This document shows, one piece after another, positions 1 through 7,445 of a DNA stretch of 20,000 nucleotides. The stretch comes from an uncultured virus (IMG/VR IMGVR_UViG_3300028844_004780) (lineage: Duplodnaviria; Heunggongvirae; Uroviricota; Caudoviricetes): the IMG/VR virus record IMGVR_UViG_3300028844_004780; one strand, 5' to 3'. Each line of letters opens with the position of its first letter. Position 1 is the stretch's first letter. Made by a program: the position numbers and the translations under genes. The notes under the pieces were generated by a model that was not told where the DNA came from, did no database searches, and worked only from the letters and a program-made list of their open reading frames with translations.

Positions 1-936
1 ATCCTTAGGGATCGGGAATTCTGCAACTTGTCTGAGATCGTCGCCAGAGAAGGAGACACAGAAGAAGACATGCTTCGGAAGGTGAGAGTTGCCACAATCA
101 TTGGTACATGGCAGTCGACTCTCACCGACTTCAGATATCTATCCACAGAATGGAAGAAGAACTGTGAAGAAGAAAGGCTCCTGGGAGTTTCAATTACTGG
201 GATCATGGACAATAATCTACTTAATGGCAAGGACAATAGTGGAGGTCTACCAGATTTACTCGCCAAACTGAAGAAGACTGCTGTTTCTACCAATAAGGAA
301 TGGTGCAGTAGGCTGGGAATCAGTCAGTCTGCCTCAATTACATGTGTAAAGCCTTCTGGCACTGTGTCCCAGTTAGTAGACTCAGCATCGGGTATCCATG
401 CACGACACAACCCTTATTACATTCGCACAGTCCGTGCTTCTACTAGGGACCCTTTGTGCTCTTTCATGATTGATAAGGGATTCCCACACGAAAAATGTGC
501 CATGAAGCCAGATACCACCATGGTCTTTTCTTTCCCAATCAAGTCTCCTGAAGATGCAGTGTTCAGGAAGGACATGAGTGCGATCGAGCAGCTAGAACTG
601 TGGTTGACTTATCAGAAGCACTGGTGCGAGCATAAGCCTTCGGTGACCATCTCAGTCAAGGAGCACGAATGGTTGGATGTTGGTGCTTGGGTTTATGATC
701 ATTTCGACGAGGTTGCTGGTGTTTCGTTCTTGCCCTTCAGCGATCACTCTTACAAGCAGGCACCTTACCAGGACTGCACAGTCGAGGAGTACAACGGTCT
801 TGTGGAGAAGATGCCCCAAGATGTGGATTGGTCGGAGTTGTCGACCTATGAAAAGGAAGACAACACCGCTGGCTCTCAGACTCTGGCCTGCTCCGCTGGA
901 TCCTGCGAAGTGGTCGATCTGACTTCGGAAGACTGA
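1..936 (+). CDS. nrdJ: Class II (adenosylcobalamin-dependent) ribonucleotide reductase, C-terminal part (5' truncated by the window)
   Basis: Frame is open from base 1 (ILRDREFCNLSE); contains CNLSE, EERLLGVSITG, TCVKPSGTVSQLV and the C-terminal redox tail CSAGSCE typical of phage monomeric-type class II RNR. Confidence 0.9.
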   Translation: MLRDREFCNLSEIVAREGDTEEDMLRKVRVATIIGTWQSTLTDFRYLSTEWKKNCEEERLLGVSITGIMDNNLLNGKDNSGGLPDLLAKLKKTAVSTNKEWCSRLGISQSASITCVKPSGTVSQLVDSASGIHARHNPYYIRTVRASTRDPLCSFMIDKGFPHEKCAMKPDTTMVFSFPIKSPEDAVFRKDMSAIEQLELWLTYQKHWCEHKPSVTISVKEHEWLDVGAWVYDHFDEVAGVSFLPFSDHSYKQAPYQDCTVEEYNGLVEKMPQDVDWSELSTYEKEDNTAGSQTLACSAGSCEVVDLTSED

Positions 937-957
937 CCCTAACAGGCACCTAACTTA

Positions 958-976
958 ATTGAGACTCAGTCTCAAT
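958..976. promoter_or_regulatory. Perfect 9-1-9 palindrome ATTGAGACT-C-AGTCTCAAT, candidate operator
   Basis: Exact inverted repeat in the intergenic region, about 90 bp upstream of a sigma70-type promoter. Confidence 0.5.
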
Positions 977-977
977 G

Positions 978-1008
978 CCGTTCACAACTCATCCACAATT
1001 CATCCACA
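978..1008 (+). repeat. Phased DnaA-box-like repeats
   Basis: TCATCCACA at 989-997 and 1000-1008 plus degenerate CCGTTCACA at 978-986, 11-bp period; the two full copies differ by one base from TTATCCACA. Confidence 0.45.
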
Positions 1009-1013
1009 TACCC

Positions 1014-1045
1014 GAACCCCCTTCCTGATATTCAGAAGGGGGTTC
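1014..1045 (+). terminator. Stem-loop, probable terminator after nrdJ
   Basis: GAACCCCCTTC ... GAAGGGGGTTC 11-bp stem, followed by a short TCCTTT tail. Confidence 0.55.
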
Positions 1046-1067
1046 TCCTTTGATACCTTCGACCGAC

Positions 1068-1096
1068 TTGACACGAGGACGCCTTTCTGGTAAAAT
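1068..1096 (+). promoter_or_regulatory. sigma70-type (early) promoter
   Basis: TTGACA (1068-1073), 17-bp spacer, TGn extended -10, TAAAAT (1091-1096). Confidence 0.85.
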
Positions 1097-1102
1097 GGGT
1101 GC

Positions 1103-3361
1103 ATGAGCACTACTGCAATCAATACCGAAGCAAAGGGTCTGCTGGCAAAGCTGCTGGCGACCGAGGATATCACCGTGGAGCACCAGCCAGTGCATACCGC
1201 GATGTTCAACACCGAGTCCCGTACCTTGACTCTTCCCATCTGGGAGAATGCCAGCAACAGCCTTTACGACATGCTGGTCGGCCATGAGGTCGGACACGCA
1301 CTGTTCACCCCCGATGTGGATCTGGAAAAGGTCCTCGACGACATGGATCCCACCGATAGCATCCCCAAGGGTACTCGGATGGATTACCTGAACGTGGTCG
1401 AAGATGCCCGAATCGAGAAGGATATCCAGTCCCGATTCCCAGGCCTCCGTCGCGATTTCCGATCCGCATACAACGAACTGCTCGAACGTGATTTCTTCGG
1501 AGTCGCGGGAATCGATAATCTTGGCGAGTTGTCTTTCATCGACCGAGTGAATCTCCACTTCAAGGTCGGGACCATGCTGCAGATCCCGTTTACCAGTGAA
1601 GAGTCGGATTTGGTGACCATGGTCGACGAATGCGAAGATTTCGACGAAGTCATCGACACCGCTGTCACCTTGATGAACTACTCTGCATCCAAGCAAGAGG
1701 ACGAGACTGATGAAAATCAGTCTGGCATTGCCGATCCAGAAGGTGACCAGCAGGCCGAATCCGACAGCGGCAATGGTTCTGCTGACGGTGGCGAAGATGA
1801 TTCAGATGAGGGTGATGGAGAAGGTGAGAGCCTAAGTGGATCAGATCCCGCTGATGAAGGATCTGAGCCTTCTACCGAAACCGACGGTGATGGCGACGAG
1901 AAGGATGATTCCTCTGGACCGTCCAGCTCTGGTTCTAGTAATGGTCCACTGCCAGAAGAATCCATGACTCAGTCTGCACTCGCTGACAATCTCAAGGATA
2001 TGGCGAAGAATCCTGGATCTAGGACGAGAAATCGACAGTACGTGACCGTCCCGAACCAGATCGACTTGTCGAACACCATTGTTTCGGCCCAGGATTTTCT
2101 GAATACCTACCGACAATGCGGTTTTTCCGAAGACAAGTACGTTCGATGCTTGAAGGCTGCTTTGGATTTCCAGAAGGAATCGCAGAAGATTGTGGGCAAC
2201 ATGGTCAAGCGATTCGAAATGCGAAAGGCTGCAGAAGAATCGAAGAGGGTAATGTCCTCAGATACTGGCATTCTTGATACGATCAAGATGATCAACTATC
2301 GCTGGTCTGAGGACATCTTCCTGAAGTCATCCACTGTAGAAGATGGTCAGAGTCACGGCCTAGTGATGTTCGTCGACTGGTCTGGTTCGATGTCCCCGAA
2401 CATTTTCGATACGGTCAAGCAGTTGTTGGTCCTTGCAATGTTCTGCAAGAAGGTGAACATCCCTTTCGACGTCTATGCCTTCACCAATGGATGGTCTCGT
2501 CGATCGTCTGGGTGGGCAAGGCGAAATGCCGAGTTCGACAGTCGATGGGATAGCGACACCTACCCTGAGATATGCAAAGGTCTGAAGGTCGGCGATGTCA
2601 AGTGCTGTGAATGCCTTCATCTGGTGAACATGCTCAGCTCTGATCTCAAGAAGTCCGACTGGATCGAGTGCTTCACCTACCTTTTCTCCGAGGGGATGAT
2701 GCAGGATTACAATCACATGAAGACCTGGGGTGTCACTAATCCCCGAATGCACCTTGGTGGCACTCCTCTCGATGATGCCATCACTGCCGCTCGTCAAGTG
2801 GTAATCGACTTCAAGTCTAAGCACGGGGTTCAGGTGGTGAATACTGTCTTCCTCACTGACGGTTGCAGCGGATCTGGTCCTCTCCAGAATAAATCTTGGG
2901 ATGGGAAGAAGTGGTCCGAAGTGGATTACAACAATCAAAGGGTCCTCAAGTCTCACGACGGTACCCTGTTTGAAAGCGAAGATGTTTATGCTTGCCACAC
3001 TGAAACGTTTTTCAGGTGGTTGCGTCATGAGACTGGTGCTCCTGTGATCGGGATCTACCTCACCGAAAGTAAGTATTATGCCAGTACCATTCCTGATCAG
3101 AAAGATACCAAGTCATTTGAGAAGAAGTGCGAAAGTCTCAAGAACGAAGGTGCAGTCTCATGTGGTGATGCCAGAGGGTACTCCGAGTACATCGTGATGA
3201 TGGCGGAAGGACACAAGAAGATCAGGGGCCTGGATGATGTCCGAGTCGGTTCGAACAGTCGGGTCGTGGCGAATGCGATGATCCGAGAAGCGAAGAAGAA
3301 GAAGGGCCTGACGAAGATCATGGACATCTTCGTCGACAGGATTTGTGGTCATGGAATCTGA
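1103..3361 (+). CDS. Metallopeptidase-like (HEXXH) plus acidic linker plus vWA (MIDAS) protein, CobT/MoxR-partner type common in T4-like phages
   Basis: LVGHEVGHAL and NVVEDARIE in the N-terminus, D/E/S/G-rich linker, MIDAS DWSGSM, GGTPL, VFLTDG. Confidence 0.85.
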   Translation: MSTTAINTEAKGLLAKLLATEDITVEHQPVHTAMFNTESRTLTLPIWENASNSLYDMLVGHEVGHALFTPDVDLEKVLDDMDPTDSIPKGTRMDYLNVVEDARIEKDIQSRFPGLRRDFRSAYNELLERDFFGVAGIDNLGELSFIDRVNLHFKVGTMLQIPFTSEESDLVTMVDECEDFDEVIDTAVTLMNYSASKQEDETDENQSGIADPEGDQQAESDSGNGSADGGEDDSDEGDGEGESLSGSDPADEGSEPSTETDGDGDEKDDSSGPSSSGSSNGPLPEESMTQSALADNLKDMAKNPGSRTRNRQYVTVPNQIDLSNTIVSAQDFLNTYRQCGFSEDKYVRCLKAALDFQKESQKIVGNMVKRFEMRKAAEESKRVMSSDTGILDTIKMINYRWSEDIFLKSSTVEDGQSHGLVMFVDWSGSMSPNIFDTVKQLLVLAMFCKKVNIPFDVYAFTNGWSRRSSGWARRNAEFDSRWDSDTYPEICKGLKVGDVKCCECLHLVNMLSSDLKKSDWIECFTYLFSEGMMQDYNHMKTWGVTNPRMHLGGTPLDDAITAARQVVIDFKSKHGVQVVNTVFLTDGCSGSGPLQNKSWDGKKWSEVDYNNQRVLKSHDGTLFESEDVYACHTETFFRWLRHETGAPVIGIYLTESKYYASTIPDQKDTKSFEKKCESLKNEGAVSCGDARGYSEYIVMMAEGHKKIRGLDDVRVGSNSRVVANAMIREAKKKKGLTKIMDIFVDRICGHGI

Positions 3362-3448
3362 ACCGATAGAGGTTTGGATGATGACAGCCCGTCTGCTCAT
3401 CATGTGGTGGGTAGTTTGTATGAACTGCGTTGAAAGATCAAGGATTAG

Positions 3449-3877
3449 ATGATGATCACTCAAGTTGTTTTGGCATCCACCATGTGTGTTACCACCTGTT
3501 ACTACACATCGACCACCAGGATCTCAGATCGTTTTTTGTCTGCTATCTGTCAGGTGGAGTCAAATTGCACCGAGGGAGCGGTAGGGGATGGAGGCAAGGC
3601 GATTGGTCCTTATCAGATCTGGTATGCCTACTGGAAGGATGCAGTAGAGTACGACCGATCGATCGGCGGGTCTTATCGAGATTGCCTATATAAGGGGTAC
3701 TCAGAGAAGATTGTCCGTGCTTACATGGCAAGGTATGCCATCCAAAGAAGGCTAGGCCGTCCTGTCACCGATCAAGATCGTGCAAGGATTCACAACGGTG
3801 GGCCTAACGGATATAATAAAACTGCAACGGTTAAGTATTGGAAGAAGGTGCAGAATGTCCTCAAAGGGAAGTCATAG
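3449..3877 (+). CDS. Lysozyme of invertebrate (i-type/destabilase)-like family, possible endolysin
   Basis: AICQVES..., GPYQIWYAYWKDA and ARIHNGGPNG...YWKKV match i-type lysozyme motifs; AAGGA SD upstream. Confidence 0.7.
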   Translation: MMITQVVLASTMCVTTCYYTSTTRISDRFLSAICQVESNCTEGAVGDGGKAIGPYQIWYAYWKDAVEYDRSIGGSYRDCLYKGYSEKIVRAYMARYAIQRRLGRPVTDQDRARIHNGGPNGYNKTATVKYWKKVQNVLKGKS

Positions 3878-4007
3878 GGTCCACTCTGCTGGGAAGGGCG
3901 ACAGTCCAAGAAAGATCGATATGGAAAAGTATCGAGAAAATTATAACAAGATCTTCGGCAGTAAGAAGACTAAACCGAATCTCAAAGGAAAGAAGAATTC
4001 ATCATGA
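3855..4007 (+). CDS. Small basic phage hypothetical protein (50 aa)
   Basis: MSSKGSHRVHSAGKGDSPRKIDMEKYRENYNKIFG; a GKG..PR...Y..N...IFG pattern I recognise from small phage proteins; stop overlaps the next ATG (ATGA). Confidence 0.6.
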   Translation: MSSKGSHRVHSAGKGDSPRKIDMEKYRENYNKIFGSKKTKPNLKGKKNSS

Positions 4008-4330
4008 ATGACATTAAGCTGGTCAAGTTGTCCACCCAAGAGGACATCATTTGTAAGCACGAGTTCCATGACACAACTGGTACTCACGTGCTCAAGTCTC
4101 CGTGTGTGATTGTTGTCACCCAGAACGGTTTTGGTGCAATGCCCTATACCCCCTATGCCGACACATGGGAAGCTGGTATCTCCATCGATGAACAGTTTGT
4201 CATGACTGTGCTTGACCCCAGCGACGAGATGAAGAATCAGTACAACTCGTCTTTCGGGAGCGGACTGGTTACCCCAACCAAGCAGAAGCCCGTCGCCACT
4301 GGTCCCATAGGAATCATCGGCGGGGACTGA
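4004..4330 (+). CDS. Conserved T4-like hypothetical protein (small beta-barrel, Sm/SH3-like)
   Basis: IKLVKLSTQEDII ... P...M.NQY...FGSGLVTP pattern; ATGA coupling to the upstream gene. Confidence 0.65.
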   Translation: MNDIKLVKLSTQEDIICKHEFHDTTGTHVLKSPCVIVVTQNGFGAMPYTPYADTWEAGISIDEQFVMTVLDPSDEMKNQYNSSFGSGLVTPTKQKPVATGPIGIIGGD

Positions 4331-4342
4331 TATTTGAACCAT

Positions 4343-4416
4343 GTGCCTGTAGCTCAGTTGGATAGAGCAGCTGACTTCTAATCAGCAGGTCATAGGTTCG
4401 AGTCCTATCAGGCATG
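4343..4416 (+). tRNA. tRNA-Arg (anticodon UCU), no encoded CCA
   Basis: Acceptor GTGCCTG/CAGGCAT, D-arm GCTC/GAGC, anticodon stem GCTGA-CTTCTAA-TCAGC, T-arm ATAGG-TTCGAGT-CCTAT. Confidence 0.95.
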
Positions 4417-4424
4417 TTTACATT

Positions 4425-5459
4425 ATGGAGAACGTCATGAAAGACCGAAATGAACTAATCTACTCTTTGCCTAAGGCAGAGTTGCATGTTCACATTGAGG
4501 GTACACTTGAACCCGAACTGATGATTAGACTGGCAGAAAAGAATGGAATTGAGATTCCATACAAGACTGCAGGAGAAGCACGAAGAGCGTACGATTTCTC
4601 TGATCTGCAATCATTCCTAGACATCTACTATGCAGGTGCCAGTGTCCTGCGTGATGAATCAGATTTTTACGAACTGACCCGTGCCTATCTTGCTAAGGCT
4701 CATCTGAACAATGTCAGATATGCAGAGATCTTCTTCGATCCGCAGACTCACACCGCCCGTGGGGTGGAGATCGAGACTGTCGTAAATGGTATCAACAGTG
4801 CTTGTGAAGAGGCTGCGGCGACCTATGGTCTTGATACCAAGTTGATCATGTGTTTCTTGAGGCACCTTCCAGCTTCTGATGCTGTGGAGACTCTTCATAG
4901 ATCTCTCCCGTTCAGAGATACGATTTATGGAGTGGGTCTGGATTCTTCCGAGATGGACAACCCACCGCATGAATTCATTGAAGTATTTCAGAAGGCGAAG
5001 GAAGAAGGATACGCCTGCGTTGCTCATGCGGGAGAAGAAGGTCCTGCTGGATACGTTTGGAGTGCTCTGAACGATCTCGGTGCTGAAAGGATTGATCATG
5101 GTGTAAGATGCTCTGATGATTTTCCTCTGGTCAACCATCTTGCTAAGCACCAAGTCCCTCTCACTGTTTGTCCTCTATCCAATGTTAAGCTGAAGGTATT
5201 CGAAAAGATGGAAGATCATAACATCATGGATCTTTTCGAAATGGGGGTGATGGTGTCTATTCACTCAGATGATCCTTCCTATTTCGGCGGGTATATCAAT
5301 GACAATTATATTGCAGTTGCTGATGCATTCGATCTAGATGACTATCATATCATTGAACTGGCAAAGAACAGCTTTAAGTCTGCATTCATCGACGACGAGA
5401 TGAAAGACCATTATTTGGGACTGATTGATGATGCGACTGCGAGTCGAAAAGTTTACTGA
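4425..5459 (+). CDS. add: Adenine/adenosine deaminase (amidohydrolase superfamily, adenine-deaminase subtype likely)
   Basis: LPKAELHVHIEGTLEP, FFDPQTH, GLDSSE, HAGEE, RIDHG, CPLSN, SDDPSYFGG; the true start may be 4437. Confidence 0.92.
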   Translation: MENVMKDRNELIYSLPKAELHVHIEGTLEPELMIRLAEKNGIEIPYKTAGEARRAYDFSDLQSFLDIYYAGASVLRDESDFYELTRAYLAKAHLNNVRYAEIFFDPQTHTARGVEIETVVNGINSACEEAAATYGLDTKLIMCFLRHLPASDAVETLHRSLPFRDTIYGVGLDSSEMDNPPHEFIEVFQKAKEEGYACVAHAGEEGPAGYVWSALNDLGAERIDHGVRCSDDFPLVNHLAKHQVPLTVCPLSNVKLKVFEKMEDHNIMDLFEMGVMVSIHSDDPSYFGGYINDNYIAVADAFDLDDYHIIELAKNSFKSAFIDDEMKDHYLGLIDDATASRKVY

Positions 5460-5796
5460 GATCGCCCTCCCAGTGGCACTGGACATCGACAGACAGAAAA
5501 AGCATGTGTCGATGATCGTCCGCAAGGGAGTTGTAGAGTCGGTGGGGGTAAATCAATTCAAGACTCACCCCCTAGCTAAGAAGTACGGATACCGATACGA
5601 TGAAGTACATTCCGAATTAGATGCATTGCTCAAGTACAAAGGACCGAAGGATGGTTTATCTTTGTACAACTTCCGATTCAACCGAGAGGGAGAAATGAGG
5701 ATGAGCAGACCCTGCAGGTTGTGTACCCCATGGTGCGATGCCGTTTTTGACGAAATTTTCTACACCACAGACCAAGGTGTCGTCAGGTTCAAGTGA
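5425..5796 (+). CDS. Small Zn-dependent cytidine/dCMP deaminase-fold protein
   Basis: HSELDAL and SRPCRLC (HxE...PCxxC); overlaps the 3' end of the adenine deaminase; exact start among 5425/5428/5431 uncertain. Confidence 0.8.
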   Translation: MMMRLRVEKFTEIALPVALDIDRQKKHVSMIVRKGVVESVGVNQFKTHPLAKKYGYRYDEVHSELDALLKYKGPKDGLSLYNFRFNREGEMRMSRPCRLCTPWCDAVFDEIFYTTDQGVVRFK

Positions 5797-5804
5797 ATAA
5801 ATAA

Positions 5805-5888
5805 GCCGAGGTGGCGGAATCGGCATACGCAGCAGACTTAAAATCTGCCGACCTCACGGTCTTACGGGTTCGAGTCCCGTCCTCGGTA
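5805..5888 (+). tRNA. tRNA-Leu (anticodon UAA), long variable arm, no encoded CCA
   Basis: GCCGAGG/CCTCGGT acceptor, GCAGA-CTTAAAA-TCTGC anticodon arm, ACGGG-TTCGAGT-CCCGT T-arm. Confidence 0.95.
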
Positions 5889-5893
5889 TTTTT

Positions 5894-5966
5894 TCCCCTG
5901 TAGCTCAGTTGGTAGAGCGGCGAGCTGTTAACTCGCATGTCACTGGTTCGAGTCCAGTCGGGGGAG
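5894..5966 (+). tRNA. tRNA-Asn (anticodon GUU), no encoded CCA
   Basis: TCCCCTG/CGGGGGA acceptor, GCGAG-CTGTTAA-CTCGC anticodon arm, ACTGG-TTCGAGT-CCAGT T-arm. Confidence 0.95.
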
Positions 5967-5974
5967 CTAATTTT

Positions 5975-5982
5975 TATAAATA
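5975..5982 (+). promoter_or_regulatory. T4-type late promoter TATAAATA
   Basis: Exact gp55 consensus about 30 bp upstream of ORF 6013. Confidence 0.8.
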
Positions 5983-6012
5983 TGATGCTGTCACCACCAA
6001 AAGGAAAATGGC

Positions 6013-6345
6013 ATGAATATCGATAATCTAGATCTGAATTTTCTGACAGAAGAAGTTGGTGATTTAAATGAGCGTGCTCCGCACGGCATGATGCCTTTAT
6101 TGGGACCTCAATTTTGGAGGGGTAGGATAAACCCCAACACTGATGCGTGGCATGGTGTTCCAGATGTCTACTGGGAAAACTTACCCGATTGGATACCCAC
6201 GTGGCAGGATTGGTCTAATAACCAACAAGGTCACTGGTACGGTTGGTACGATTCAACACCTGGTTTTTTTCAGGATGGCCCTCCTCTGTTTGAACCACAT
6301 CCAGCGTTCTCCGATCCAAACTACGGTCCTCCCCCCAGACCCTGA
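6013..6345 (+). CDS. Trp/Pro/Gly-rich hypothetical protein with leader MNIDNLDLNFLTEE
   Basis: AAGGA SD, own late promoter and downstream terminator; low-complexity W/P-rich body. Confidence 0.7.
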   Translation: MNIDNLDLNFLTEEVGDLNERAPHGMMPLLGPQFWRGRINPNTDAWHGVPDVYWENLPDWIPTWQDWSNNQQGHWYGWYDSTPGFFQDGPPLFEPHPAFSDPNYGPPPRP

Positions 6346-6371
6346 ACCTAAGTATCCCGATACCTCTAATC

Positions 6372-6401
6372 AAAGACCCACCTTTTAGGGGTGGGTCTTT
6401 T
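6372..6401 (+). terminator. Rho-independent terminator (possibly bidirectional)
   Basis: AAAGACCCACC-TTTTAGG-GGTGGGTCTTT(T). Confidence 0.85.
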
Positions 6402-6403
6402 CA

Positions 6404-6411
6404 TATAAATA
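6404..6411 (+). promoter_or_regulatory. T4-type late promoter TATAAATA
   Basis: Exact consensus right after the terminator, followed by a strong SD (AAGGAGGT) and ORF 6434. Confidence 0.85.
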
Positions 6412-6433
6412 CTTCCATTAAGGAGGTTATCAT

Positions 6434-6703
6434 ATGAACAACAACCAAGGTCCTAAGCCTGGAATCAAATCTACAGAATTCTGGGCAACCATCGGAATCT
6501 CTGGACTCCCTATTGCCGACCAATTGGGGTTCTTTAATAAAATGCCAATCACTGAAGGTGGAGAGACCGCTTTATGGTTATCCGCTGGGTTGATTGCTTC
6601 TGTTTATGTTTTCACCAGAGCATGGGTGAAAGTTTCTGCAAACAAGTATGGAGTTGAAAATGAAAACGCTAATGATAGTTCTAAGCCTTCTTCTGGTGTC
6701 TAG
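6434..6703 (+). CDS. Small membrane protein, holin-like
   Basis: KPGIKSTEFW motif followed by two hydrophobic segments; AAGGAGGT SD. Confidence 0.6.
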   Translation: MNNNQGPKPGIKSTEFWATIGISGLPIADQLGFFNKMPITEGGETALWLSAGLIASVYVFTRAWVKVSANKYGVENENANDSSKPSSGV

Positions 6704-7445
6704 CACCCCTGCTTATGCTGAGGATTGCTTACCTTTTTTACAACCATTGAATTCAACTGTTAGGATTCCAGATGGGTCTGGAACGGTTGTGGTGGTTGGA
6801 GAATACCAAGGCCCCACCAGAAACGTACTTTCCTCTTATGAATACACCGAGTGGAGTCCTGGTAAAGTTGGCATAATGTCTTCTACTGGAGGCGTAACCT
6901 TCACCAACGTTACTAACGTCGGCAGAAAGATGAGATACCGAATCTCTGTACTTCTTCCTGAGGGATCTTCGCCAAACATCCCAGATGGTAGCGAATTGTG
7001 CTGGGAGCCTGATACAAGAAGAATTATCGGGGTGTATGAATCCATCGTGGGGGCTAACGCGGTAGTAGAAGTCCCAATTTCATGGGATGTCACAATTCGA
7101 AACTCCTCTCTTCTAGCAGATCTTAATGGAGACGGTCAGGTAGATGGTGCAGACGAAGGGATCTTGATGGCTGTGTTTAATACCGATGATCCTCTTGCCG
7201 ATCTCAATGCGGACGGAATCGTTGATGCCGCTGATCTTGGGATTCTCCTCAACAACTGGTCTGACTCTTCTGATGATACTATCGATGGTGCCGATGCTGG
7301 CGACCCAGACCCCATCGAGGGAATGTTCAATCCAGACTGGGAATCTGCAGACTACATCATTGCCGCAGACATTGATTCTGAACCCTTGAGAGGGGGTAAC
7401 GGACAAGTCCGCATCCCTTTTCTGGATTGGCAGTGGACAGCATAA
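6660..7445 (+). CDS. Secreted protein with dockerin/EF-hand-like Ca-binding duplication
   Basis: Signal peptide MKTLMIVLSLLLVSSTPAYA (AxA site); ADLNGDGQVDGADEGILM...ADLNADGIVDAADLGILLNNW; GGAG SD before ATG 6660. Confidence 0.8.
   Translation: MKTLMIVLSLLLVSSTPAYAEDCLPFLQPLNSTVRIPDGSGTVVVVGEYQGPTRNVLSSYEYTEWSPGKVGIMSSTGGVTFTNVTNVGRKMRYRISVLLPEGSSPNIPDGSELCWEPDTRRIIGVYESIVGANAVVEVPISWDVTIRNSSLLADLNGDGQVDGADEGILMAVFNTDDPLADLNADGIVDAADLGILLNNWSDSSDDTIDGADAGDPDPIEGMFNPDWESADYIIAADIDSEPLRGGNGQVRIPFLDWQWTA

Noticed and set aside
3378..3403. Imperfect hairpin (ATGATGA...TCATCAT) after the vWA gene as a terminator or ncRNA
   Set aside because: Weak stem with no U-tract; insufficient support
4425..5459. 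Link to a 2-aminoadenine (Z) genome or a RADAR-like defence system
   Set aside because: No purZ/datZ/mazZ or RdrA-like ATPase in the window; the enzyme looks like a standard stand-alone adenine deaminase
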